This document shows, piece by piece, positions 20,432 through 30,037 of a DNA stretch of 64,000 bases; the first letter of the stretch is position 1; each line of letters begins with the position of its first letter. The notes beneath the pieces were generated by a model, which ran no database searches, was not told the DNA's origin, and saw only the letters and a list, made by a program, of their open reading frames with translations. A program made the translations under genes and the position numbers. Source of the stretch: an uncultured Verrucomicrobiae bacterium. GTDB taxonomy: Bacteria; Verrucomicrobiota; Verrucomicrobiia; Chthoniobacterales; Terrimicrobiaceae. The stretch covers positions 96,001 to 160,000 of the forward strand of contig CAVPOC010000010.1 in the NCBI GenBank assembly GCA_963706955.1, written 5' to 3'.

Positions 20432-21640
20432 CTATGTTAGTTGCGTGGCAGCTTGGACGGCTTCGACGTGAACCCTGGCCACGCTTTCTGTGGTAAAATC
20501 GCGTTGCTGACGTGCGCGGCCGTCGCGTCCAAGCCGCTCGCGGAAATCGGGCTGCTCCAGCAACGACAAGATCTTCTTCGCAAGTGAAGCCGGCTCCTGG
20601 TCCGCCCAGACCCCGGTGACGCCGTCCTGGATCAACTCGCGACAGGCGGCAGCCAGCCCGCAGATCACCGGTTTGCCATAGGCCCAAGCCTCGACGTAGG
20701 CAATGCCGAAGGCCTCATGAGCGGAAGGAAGACAAAAGATGTCGCAAGCGGCCAAAGCATCAGCTTTCCCAAGCTCGTCCGGCACCCCAAGATCGCGCAA
20801 CGATTCCGCGGGAATCGCCCCCTTCAACTTTTCATAATCGGATCCACCGGGACCCGCGAGAAGCAAAACCGCCGACGGGAACGCCTCCAAAACCATTGGC
20901 CAGGCTCTCAGAAGTGCCGGATATCCTTTTCCTTCATCCCTGCGGCCCAGAAATAGCACTGTCGGCGTCTCAGGCGGGATCTTATACCTCGCGCGAAAGC
21001 GTTGCCCGTCTCCATCCATCCTGCACATCGGCGGCAGACCGCACCAGACCAGCTTCTCATGCGGCACACCCAAAGCTCCCAAGTGCGTTTTCTCATGTTT
21101 GCTTTGGCAGAAGATCGCGTCGGCGCCAGCATACAAACGAACATCAATAATATCATCCCCCCACGAGCGCGGGTGGACTGCCGGCCAAATCGTAAATTTT
21201 TTTCCCTGGCGGCGGGCCCAATGAAGGAGAGAAAAGCTAAAAAAATCCCATCCGGTCCCAACGAAGTGAATCCAATCGCCCATTCCATCAACTCGCTTGA
21301 AAGAGGCTGTCGGAACCAGCCATCCTGCCAATCGCTCTAACAGGGGGTGCAGGAGTGGCCGGGAAGCCATCGAGCTTAGCACCCGTTGCGCTTTCGTCCA
21401 TACGGGTCGCACTTCGAGGGTTTCCACAGGCCAAGGGACTGGCTCATCGGATTTCTCCAGAGTCGGATGCTCCGGTTTGACTGCGAGGAAGACGCCTTCG
21501 ATTCCAAAGTGCTCCTGAAGTGCACGCGCCAGAAAACGCTGATACGCGCCTAAGCCTCCCACGTAACTCGGTGCGATCCCTGAAACAATAACCGCCTTCT
21601 TCGTTCCGTGCGCCGGGGTCCCGAGCTGCGTCGATACGGA
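20432..21640 (-). CDS. Glycosyltransferase family 4; probably the C-terminal half of a frameshifted fusion with the upstream GT4
   Basis: VGGLGAY, FLGRRDEGKG and EAFGIAYVEAWAYGKPV. There is no good start codon and the ORF overlaps the upstream ORF. Confidence 0.85.
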   Translation of the reverse strand, partial: SVSTQLGTPAHGTKKAVIVSGIAPSYVGGLGAYQRFLARALQEHFGIEGVFLAVKPEHPTLEKSDEPVPWPVETLEVRPVWTKAQRVLSSMASRPLLHPLLERLAGWLVPTASFKRVDGMGDWIHFVGTGWDFFSFSLLHWARRQGKKFTIWPAVHPRSWGDDIIDVRLYAGADAIFCQSKHEKTHLGALGVPHEKLVWCGLPPMCRMDGDGQRFRARYKIPPETPTVLFLGRRDEGKGYPALLRAWPMVLEAFPSAVLLLAGPGGSDYEKLKGAIPAESLRDLGVPDELGKADALAACDIFCLPSAHEAFGIAYVEAWAYGKPVICGLAAACRELIQDGVTGVWADQEPASLAKKILSLLEQPDFRERLGRDGRARQQRDFTTESVARVHVEAVQAATQLT

Positions 21641-22956
21641 GCGGCTTTGGACGGTTGATTCAGAGCGAGCGTGTACGCCTGAGCGACACATTCCGCAGAC
21701 TTCTCCCAGGAGAACTTGGCCGCTTGCTCGACGCTAAGGCTCTTCAGCTCTTCACGTCGAGCAGGATTGTTGATGAGATCTACAATCGCTTGAGTTACCG
21801 CTGCCTCATCACTCGGATCGACGAGAATCGCCGCTGGGCCAGCGACCTCTGGCAGCGAGCTTCGATTCGAGCAGATAACCGGCGCCGCGCACTGCAGCGC
21901 CTCCAGCACCGGCAGTCCAAAGCCTTCATAGGTGGAGGGAAAAAGAAATGCCTCGCATTCCGAATAGAGGCAGGCGAGATCCTCGTCCGGCACCCCACTG
22001 GCCCGCAAGATCCGATTTGCGAGTTCCGGTCGTTTCGCAATTTCCTGATCTGTGGTTTCCGCCGCGTGTCCAGCCTTGGGATTGCCGACGAGAACCAATT
22101 TGCCGGTCCACGAGGGAAGCTGACTGGCGGCGCTGAAGAATGACCGCACGACTAAGGGAATGTTCTTTCGCGGCTGAGGGTTGGCCACCGATAAAAGAAA
22201 TGGGGTATTTCCCAGACCCCATCGCGAGCGAACTCGGCCGATCATGGCCTGATCTTGCACAGGTCTAAAGATTGGTCCTGCCGAAAGATGTGCAACGACA
22301 ACCCGCTCTGACGGAAATCCCGAAAGTTCGCAAAAATCATCTTTGGTGAATTGGGAAACGGCGACCACCACATCCCTGGTCGGGTTCAGCGCGGCCAGGA
22401 CCGTTTTCAACATGCCAGCCGCATCCGGGCCCGCCTCCTCAGCATGCCTCAGTGGGATCACATCATGAATGGTGACCACGCGGGGGATCGAGCGATGAAG
22501 CCACTCCGGCGGCGCTCGAAAGGGTGCATGAAACAGATCAATCTCATCCGGACCAACTCCGACTTTCACGGAGGCGTGGACGATCCGACGGACCAACGCT
22601 GTCACGAGCAGCAGAGCCCGCCGGCGAATGCCAGAGGCGTGCGCACTTCGATTCGCCCGCTTTTCGAGGCGATAGAGCAGATCGGCGGCAGCTTTGCCGA
22701 GCGCAGACTTAGTCTTGAAAGTTCGCAAACTTGCTATCGGTGGCACACAGCTATGCGCCGCCCATCGCTCGGTTGCGATACTGGTGACGACGGGATTCCA
22801 GTCCTCTGCGAAAGCTCCGACCACCCGAAGATTTAAGCCTGGGTTGTTTCGGAGACGGGCCAGATGTTCTTCGATGACCCGCCCAATTCCGGTGACCATG
22901 CGGCTGGTCCCAGGCGGAGGCACCACCGAAGACACCTCGTAGCCAACTCGCGCCAT
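21550..22956 (-). CDS. Glycosyltransferase family 4 (MtfB/WbpY-like)
   Basis: TGIGRV, VVTIHDVIPL, QPRKN and YEGFGLPVLEALQCAAPVICSNRSSLPEV. Confidence 0.9.
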   Translation of the reverse strand: MARVGYEVSSVVPPPGTSRMVTGIGRVIEEHLARLRNNPGLNLRVVGAFAEDWNPVVTSIATERWAAHSCVPPIASLRTFKTKSALGKAAADLLYRLEKRANRSAHASGIRRRALLLVTALVRRIVHASVKVGVGPDEIDLFHAPFRAPPEWLHRSIPRVVTIHDVIPLRHAEEAGPDAAGMLKTVLAALNPTRDVVVAVSQFTKDDFCELSGFPSERVVVAHLSAGPIFRPVQDQAMIGRVRSRWGLGNTPFLLSVANPQPRKNIPLVVRSFFSAASQLPSWTGKLVLVGNPKAGHAAETTDQEIAKRPELANRILRASGVPDEDLACLYSECEAFLFPSTYEGFGLPVLEALQCAAPVICSNRSSLPEVAGPAAILVDPSDEAAVTQAIVDLINNPARREELKSLSVEQAAKFSWEKSAECVAQAYTLALNQPSKAAPYRRSSGPRRTERRRRLLFQGSHRVTWEA

Positions 22957-23018
22957 ACCTCGATCGCTCATCCTAGAAACGACTACGCCACCTCCCAGGC
23001 CAAAGCGCATCCACCTGG

Positions 23019-23927
23019 CTAAAATTTTGGTTGCACATGGAAGCGTCGATCCAGCAGGCGAACCAGAAAGTTCAGGGCCCGAATGGGCAAGGGCCATTTT
23101 ACCAACCAACGCAGCGCAGCTCGCTTGCGCTGAATCCTCGCGTCCCACTCCCGCTTTTCTGCCACCGTCAGGTACGACGTAAACAGCTCGGTGAGAAAAT
23201 GGCCCTTCTCAAAAGCTGGACCGGCAAAGTGAAGGAAAGCCGGGGCGGAAGGAGCTGACAATATGGGCGCCGCATCGCTGCGGTCTTCATAGTCCTCAAC
23301 CATCGTCGATTCCATAGTCTGTGGCGGCAGATTGAAGTTGAAAATATCCCGCCGCTTCAGCAGCACCAGCCAGTTGAAAGAGGGCTGATCGATCGGACTT
23401 GATTTTCGATCAAGACAGGTCGCTCGCATCTCCGGCGACTGGACAAGCGCAATCAATTCTTCTTCCTCATACAACGGCGTCTCAAACGCAAAGAATCCCG
23501 AGTTGAACGTCAAGAGAGGCCACCGAGACGAAAGTGTCCTGAGAAAGCGACGGGATTCCACCGAAAACGTCCATCGGTTTCTGGCCCATTCGGTGTCGGC
23601 AACGGCAAAAGAGCACGGCGGCGCCGCCGGGAGCCACTCTCGCGGATCGCGCAAGACGACGATGTCGGTGTCGAAATACGCGCACTCGCTTTGCAGGAGA
23701 GCTTCATACTTGCAATACAGCGGATGCGCTCCCTCCTCTTTAAGGAAGGAGAAAAGTTTGCTATCCTCGATCCAACTACAACCGGCTGGAGGCTCCAGAT
23801 CGGCTGCTCCGCAGGGAATAATCCACACCGGGAGATCACATCCAACGTTTCGGAGCGACCTGAGGAAAACCCGGAGTTGGAGTTCTACATTCTTGTTCGC
23901 CAGGACTAGAATCTTCGCTATGGTCAT
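23019..23927 (-). CDS. GT-A fold, GT8-like nucleotide-sugar transferase
   Basis: YFDTDIV (DxD), FNSGF, DQPSFN and LHFAG occur in the same order as in GT8 enzymes. Confidence 0.7.
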   Translation of the reverse strand: MTIAKILVLANKNVELQLRVFLRSLRNVGCDLPVWIIPCGAADLEPPAGCSWIEDSKLFSFLKEEGAHPLYCKYEALLQSECAYFDTDIVVLRDPREWLPAAPPCSFAVADTEWARNRWTFSVESRRFLRTLSSRWPLLTFNSGFFAFETPLYEEEELIALVQSPEMRATCLDRKSSPIDQPSFNWLVLLKRRDIFNFNLPPQTMESTMVEDYEDRSDAAPILSAPSAPAFLHFAGPAFEKGHFLTELFTSYLTVAEKREWDARIQRKRAALRWLVKWPLPIRALNFLVRLLDRRFHVQPKF

Positions 23928-24025
23928 CCGCTAAGCTCGCTTTGCGTTTGCACGCAGACAGGCGCCCCTCCTTGTCATCCACTTGCCCGCTCAGCAAGAA
24001 TCTTATACTGGCATCAACAATGAAT

Positions 24026-25198
24026 TCAGCTACGGCTGGAAACTCCGCCCTGATCACGAGTTCTTAACGAAAGAAGTCGTGCGCTGACGGTTTCTAAGGA
24101 ACAGCGGCCTCTCCATTCAGCCGCAATCTTCTCAGAATCGCGCAGGCCCTTTCTTCGCCGGTCGATCTCTTGCTGGAGCGCCCGCACGCAGTCCACGGCT
24201 GAACTCCCGCTGAAGGTCTCGCCAAACACACCGTCGCCAATGAGCGACTTGTAACCTGGAACCCGATCGGAGGCAACTAACGTGCAGCCTTGACAAAGCG
24301 CCTCCAGCCCCTGAACGGGCGTGGACTCGAAGCGGGAGGTCGAGAGGAGCACTTGCGCATCCGCCAACCGACCGCACAAGACCTTGGGCGGAGTATTCTT
24401 GAAGAGCTGGAGCTTCTTATTGTTCTCGGCAAGCCGTTCGAGATTGGGAGCATCACCTCGAATGTGCAACTCCACTGGCACCGGATCAGGCGTGTCGAAA
24501 TATCGTCGCAACGCCTCTTCCAAAAGAAAGGGATCTTTCTGTTGAGCACCCAGTCGTCCCGCCGCGATAACTAAGTCCTGACGATCGCCTTTCACCGGGC
24601 CCTCGGTGAAGCTGCGCCTGACCGCAAAGGGAATGACGACAATTTTCTTCGCCAGATCCGATCGACCTCTTCGTGCCAGGAACTCGCGAAGGATTCGCGC
24701 AGGTTCCTCGGATTCGATCTTGAGATAATCCGCGAGCTCGAATGAATCGAAGACAGCCTTGTCCTGCTCTTTCCCCTCGATCAACCAACTATGCAACCAC
24801 GCCTTGAGAATCTTCGCTTTCTTCGGATAGCTGTAGCTTGGATGCCACATCGTTACCCTAAGAAACCTAAGCGGATCCTGCCGAACCGAAAAATATCCAT
24901 CGCTGTCACATTCCATGACCACGGAGGCACCCGCTTCTCGGGCAAGTTTTAATATTGCTGGCTCGAAGCGGCCTACTGAGTAGAAGATCGCGATATCCAG
25001 AGCCTCCCCGCGCCACCATTCGGGGTTCTTCAACTGGTCAAGTTTGATTTCGGTCTTCGGTATGGAATCATCGATCCCTTGAAACCCCTTGGCATATATC
25101 CGCCCGCTATGACCCATTTCCGCAAATTGACGGCACAGATCGGTGTGGCAGATCGCTCCGTCTGTCGCGATTGCGTTAATCAAGATTCCTACTTTCAT
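24026..25198 (-). CDS. Glycosyltransferase (GT-B, family 4-like)
   Basis: AAGRLGAQQKD and SRFESTPVQGLEALCQG. Confidence 0.8.
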   Translation of the reverse strand: MKVGILINAIATDGAICHTDLCRQFAEMGHSGRIYAKGFQGIDDSIPKTEIKLDQLKNPEWWRGEALDIAIFYSVGRFEPAILKLAREAGASVVMECDSDGYFSVRQDPLRFLRVTMWHPSYSYPKKAKILKAWLHSWLIEGKEQDKAVFDSFELADYLKIESEEPARILREFLARRGRSDLAKKIVVIPFAVRRSFTEGPVKGDRQDLVIAAGRLGAQQKDPFLLEEALRRYFDTPDPVPVELHIRGDAPNLERLAENNKKLQLFKNTPPKVLCGRLADAQVLLSTSRFESTPVQGLEALCQGCTLVASDRVPGYKSLIGDGVFGETFSGSSAVDCVRALQQEIDRRRKGLRDSEKIAAEWRGRCSLETVSARLLSLRTRDQGGVSSRS

Positions 25199-25329
25199 CC
25201 CCGCTCTACAAACGAACTTGGAACTATCGAAGTGTCTCCACGGCGTCCAACAACTACAGAGAATTGGAACGCCATGGGCAATCTTGGGCGGCTTTGCGGA
25301 ATCGGTTGATGGCCGACTGCTGCGAATGC

Positions 25330-27171
25330 TTAGCCGACCGAAGCACTCGCCAATCGGAAGAATTCCGACTTTGACTCCATCAACTCGTCGTAAGTGCCAG
25401 CCTCTCCAACCTTGCCATTTATCAGAACATAGATTGCATCACACCCCCGGACGGTCGTCAGTCGATGAGCAATGGAGATAATCGTAATTTCACCCTGGAG
25501 GGCCTCGACCGCCTGCATGAACTTTGCTTCTGTCTCATTGTCCAGGGCGCTCGTCCCCTCGTCCAGGATGAGCATCTCAGGATCGAAATAAAGCGCCCTC
25601 GCGAGACCCACCCGTTGGCGTTGCCCTCCGCTCAACATCACGCCGCGTTCACCAACTTGCGTCTCGAGTCCATTCGGCATCTTAGCAATCACCTCTTGAA
25701 GTTGCGCCGAAGCGATCGCGCCATCCAGGCGTTGACGATCGATTTTGTCATCGGGAATGCCGAGGGCAATGTTTCGAACCAGACTGTCGTCGAGCAGGAA
25801 AATTTCTTGTGGGACATAGCCGATCCGCAGTTGCCATTTTAGGGGCACAGGCTTGCTGAGCGGTTTGCCATCAACGAGGATTTCACCCTGGGTGGGCTCA
25901 TAGAGACCAAGAAGGATGTTAATCAACGTTGATTTGCCTGATCCTGTCTGACCGACAAAGCCGATTGATGTGCCCCTCTCGATCCGAAGATCGATCCCCT
26001 GGATCGTCGGGCGCTCGACACCGGGATAATTAAAGGTGAGATCGCGAAGCTCGATAGAGTCTGTGAAAAGTGGTCCCTGATCGACTGGTTCGACCGTGTC
26101 CGGAGTCCACCTGGGGATCGAAACGGGATACGCCTGTGATGAAAAGTTCAGCTCCTCGGCCAACTCCTCCATCGTGTACCGATTCGTCGTGACCAAATGG
26201 AGGCTGTTGTAGAGTTGTTGAACATTCGGCAAAAGTCGAAAACCGGCCATCGCCATGACGCCGAGTGTCGGCAGGACGGCATCGAGGCGACCCGCCGCCA
26301 GAGCCGCCATAGCCCAAATGATCGTGCCCGCGAAGGCGATTGGCTCGATCAAGTTGCGCGGCAGTCCGCTGATCCACGCACTCATCACCTGCGCCTTGAC
26401 GCCACGACTGGAAAGTTCCCCCACTTTGCTAAGAAAGAACGGACCGGCGCCTCGCAATTTGATGTCCCGCATCCCGGCGATGAACTGCTGGACGAGTCGG
26501 CTGAGGCCCGCGCTTGTCTCTCGGGAGACTTCGTTGATCGAACGCACTCTCTTCCGAGTAATCTGCATGAAAATCAAATAGAACCCTGCAAAGAAGAAGC
26601 CTGCTATCAAAGTGACGACCGGTTCCAGGATGAGCAGTCCGGCAACAATTACCGCGGTGATGAAAAGACGTGCGGTAAAATCGCAAAGAGGAGTAAGCAA
26701 GAACGCGGTGAACAGGTTGACGTCCGCATTCGCCTTCTTGGTGAGCACTGCAGAGTTGCGCGACACGAAATACAAGTAAGGTTGGCTATAATACTTGGCA
26801 ATCAACTGCATCCTTAGCCAGTGGCCGAGATCGCCAACATAACGGGCCGTCATGATCTGGCTAAAGATCGTGGAAGCACTCGCCACCACCAGCGAGATAA
26901 TCGCGAGAGTTCCGGTTGCATACACCAATTGTCGCGAGTCCGTGATGTTAAACCAGGCGATCAGTAAGGAACCATATTTCGAAGCAGCAAAGCCCTCCGG
27001 ATTCGCCGCCACCGACAGGAACGGCAGTACGGAGGCCACTCCGCCCAATTGCAAGACGGCCACGACAACCATGCTCACCACCACGAAAACGAACCGCCGC
27101 CGGCTAAACGGAAGAACCACGCTTAGGATCTTGCCGAGAAACGCCGAACCTCTGGATAGGGACGAAAGCAT
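25330..27171 (-). CDS. ABC exporter with fused TMD-NBD (PglK/HepA-like glycan flippase candidate)
   Basis: N-terminal TM domain, Walker A GQTGSGKST, signature LSGGQRQR, Walker B LILDE and IAHRL. Embedded in the EPS operon. Confidence 0.88.
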   Translation of the reverse strand: MLSSLSRGSAFLGKILSVVLPFSRRRFVFVVVSMVVVAVLQLGGVASVLPFLSVAANPEGFAASKYGSLLIAWFNITDSRQLVYATGTLAIISLVVASASTIFSQIMTARYVGDLGHWLRMQLIAKYYSQPYLYFVSRNSAVLTKKANADVNLFTAFLLTPLCDFTARLFITAVIVAGLLILEPVVTLIAGFFFAGFYLIFMQITRKRVRSINEVSRETSAGLSRLVQQFIAGMRDIKLRGAGPFFLSKVGELSSRGVKAQVMSAWISGLPRNLIEPIAFAGTIIWAMAALAAGRLDAVLPTLGVMAMAGFRLLPNVQQLYNSLHLVTTNRYTMEELAEELNFSSQAYPVSIPRWTPDTVEPVDQGPLFTDSIELRDLTFNYPGVERPTIQGIDLRIERGTSIGFVGQTGSGKSTLINILLGLYEPTQGEILVDGKPLSKPVPLKWQLRIGYVPQEIFLLDDSLVRNIALGIPDDKIDRQRLDGAIASAQLQEVIAKMPNGLETQVGERGVMLSGGQRQRVGLARALYFDPEMLILDEGTSALDNETEAKFMQAVEALQGEITIISIAHRLTTVRGCDAIYVLINGKVGEAGTYDELMESKSEFFRLASASVG

Positions 27172-27366
27172 TACGAAATCATCGGTTCAGGCACCGGGCA
27201 AGACCATCGCGGCCAGCAAAATCGGGAACGATCTCGGCGGTAGCTGGCGGAGCGACTGGAGAGGAGAACGGCCTGGCTGTTTTTTAGCGTCGCCCTCCAC
27301 GCCCAAGACCTGCCAAAAATCCAAGAGGATGTATTGCGAGCGAGAGAAAGCTGTAGATCGGCCCAT

Positions 27367-28771
27367 CTAAATCGAATGTGGCTTTCCAGTACCTGTAGAC
27401 GTAAAAGCCTAAGCTTTTCAGCTTAGCCATATCGAGGACGTTCCGACCATCAAAGACCCAGGCAGGCTTGTGCATATCCTGGTAGATCTTCGCAAAATCA
27501 AGATCGCGAAATTCGTCCCATTCCGTCAGGACCATGACCCCGTGCGCGCCGTGGGCGGCTTGCATCGCATTCGAGCAAATCTCGATGCGTGGATCATCGG
27601 ATTTGACTTCCAGGTCGGCGAAAATCTGATCCGCCTCGACCTTGGGATCGTAAATGGCCAGCCGCGCCTGTTCGTCGAGCAAGGCCTTACACACCGAGAT
27701 TGCCGGGGACTCGCGGGTATCGTTAGTGTCCTTTTTGAAGGCAAAGCCAAGTACTGCCAGGCGCTTGCCCGAGACGGTATTAAAGAGCGTTCTGATCACG
27801 CGGGTGACAAACCGGCTCTTTTGCCAGTCGTTGAGCTTGACGACATGTTCCCAGTAGTCCGCCACCTCAGGGATGCCAAAAAATCCGCAGAGATAAACTA
27901 AATTGAGAATATCCTTTTGAAAACATGATCCACCGAAGCCCACGGAAGCCTTGAGGAACTTCGGACCGATGCGGGAGTCGGTGCCGATCGCACGCGCGAC
28001 CTCGTCGACGTCCGCCCCGGTCGTTTCGCAAAGAGCTGAGATCGAATTGATCGAGGAAATGCGCTGCGCCAGAAAAGCATTGGCCACGAGCTTGGCCAAC
28101 TCCGACGACCAAAGATTCGTGGTCAAGATGCGCTCGCGGGGAACCCACCTCGCATAGACGGAAACAAGCTTCTCGATGGCCGCCAATCCTCCAGGAGTCT
28201 GTTCGCCGCCAATCAGGATGCGATCAGGAGCTTCCAGGTCGGCGACGGCCGTGCCCTCGGCGAGAAACTCGGGGTTGGAAAGGACCTGGTGGTTCAACTT
28301 CTTTCCACTTGCACTGAGAATTGTCAGGATCGTTTCGGCGGTCTTCACCGGAATGGTGCTCTTCTCGACAATAATCTTGGGCTCGTCCGCAACCTCCGCA
28401 ATCATCCGGGCGACCGCCTCGATGAAGCGCACATCGGCGGCGCGCCCCGCTCCGATCCCAAAGGTCTTCGTGGGCGTGTTGACACTGACAAAGACAATGT
28501 CGGCGCCTCGGACCGCATCCTGAACTCCCGTGGTGAAGAACAAGTTGCGGCCACGCGCGGATTTGACGACCTCGTCCAATCCGGGTTCATAGACCGGGAG
28601 GTTGCCGGAATTCCAGGCGTCAATTCTCTGCTGATTGAGATCGACCACCTCCACCCGAATATCGGGACATTTCGAGGCGATCATGGCCATGGTCGGTCCG
28701 CCGACATAGCCGGCTCCGACGCAGCAAATCTTCAAAGCAAAATCGGTTGTTGGTGATGTTTGTTGAGCCAT
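27367..28771 (-). CDS. ugd: UDP-glucose 6-dehydrogenase (apparent 1-base insertion ~27394 near the C-terminus)
   Basis: [32 protein letters not shown] and [12 protein letters not shown]. The natural end [10 protein letters not shown] is at 27367; the unshifted ORF runs to 27284. Confidence 0.95.
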
Positions 28772-28808
28772 AAAGGGAAGTTAGAGCGGCGTTAGTTTTG
28801 AAAAGGTC

Positions 28809-29735
28809 TCAGATAGCTTGACGAAAATAAGCAATGGTGCGGTCCAAGCCTTCCTCGAGCGGAACTTTTGGCTCCCAGCCAAGGGTTTCCTTAGCTAAGG
28901 AAATGTCGGGCCGTCTTTGCTTCGGATCATCGGCAGGCAGAGGAAGATTGGTCACCTTCGATTTTCCGCCGACCTTTTTGAGAACGAGTTCCGCCAACTC
29001 CAGCATGGTAAACTCCCCCGGGTTGCCTATGTTCACTGGCCCGACCGTCTTTTCCTGATTCATCAAGCGAACGAACCCGTCAATCAGATCGTCCACGTAG
29101 CAAAAGGAACGTGTTTGCGAGCCGTCTCCATAAACGGTGAGATTCTCGCCCTTCAGCGCCTGGACGATGAAGTTGGAGACCACCCGCCCATCGTCGGCCA
29201 GCATTCGGGGACCGTAGGTATTGAAGATTCTAACCACGCGAATATCGACCCCATTTTCACGATGATAATCGAAGAATAAGGTCTCTGCACAACGCTTGCC
29301 CTCGTCATAGCACGAACGGCGGCCAATCGGATTTACATTCCCCCAGTAGGACTCATCCTGCGGGTGCACCGTCGGATCACCGTAGACTTCCGAGGTGGAG
29401 GCGAGGAAGACCCGCGCCCGGACGCGCTTGGCCAGACCCAGACAGTTGATCGCCCCCATGACTGAGGTCTTGGTCGTCTTGATCGGGTTGTATTGATAAT
29501 GGGGAGGCGACGCCGGACACGCCAGATTATAAATCTGATCAACTTCCACCTTGAAGGGATCGATGACATCGTGCCGGATCAACTCAAACTTCGGGTCCTG
29601 AAGGAGGTGAGCAATATTTTGCCTTCGACCAGTGAAGAAATTGTCGAGACATAAGATCTCATGGCCCTCATTGATAAGCCGATCACACAAATGCGAGCCG
29701 AGAAAGCCCGCGCCGCCAGTGACTAAGATGCGCAT
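28809..29735 (-). CDS. uxs: UDP-glucuronate decarboxylase (UDP-xylose synthase)
   Basis: [32 protein letters not shown] and DGRVVSNFI. Confidence 0.95.
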   Translation of the reverse strand: MRILVTGGAGFLGSHLCDRLINEGHEILCLDNFFTGRRQNIAHLLQDPKFELIRHDVIDPFKVEVDQIYNLACPASPPHYQYNPIKTTKTSVMGAINCLGLAKRVRARVFLASTSEVYGDPTVHPQDESYWGNVNPIGRRSCYDEGKRCAETLFFDYHRENGVDIRVVRIFNTYGPRMLADDGRVVSNFIVQALKGENLTVYGDGSQTRSFCYVDDLIDGFVRLMNQEKTVGPVNIGNPGEFTMLELAELVLKKVGGKSKVTNLPLPADDPKQRRPDISLAKETLGWEPKVPLEEGLDRTIAYFRQAI

Positions 29736-30037
29736 ATATTTAGTTTAAAGCATGCTCAAACCGACGGGACCGTCGCAAGCCAAAAATGACTTAGGCAATG
29801 CCGGTCAAACGAACAATATGGGAGAGAGCCGATCGTGAGGTCGCCGTTCTAACGTTTCCACTTCGATTGATTACTAAGCAAACTTTTGAGACAAGCTGCC
29901 GCCCCTGGTCGTTCTCCACCTGGTGTGTCGAGACCACTTTCATTCCCTTTGGCTACTCTGGCGAAGTTTGAGATCTCCGCGTTCAATGCGAACCGGATAA
30001 TCGATTCTTCCTTCGCCTGAATTTCGCTACAGAGCGC

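Noticed and set aside
27236..27243. ops/JUMPStart element (GGCGGTAG)
   Set aside because: It is on the + strand, opposite to the minus-strand EPS operon, and none was seen in the 34360-34970 leader.
27284..27366. C-terminal extension of Ugd
   Set aside because: It arises from a one-base insertion; the typical GxGK tail is in the other frame.
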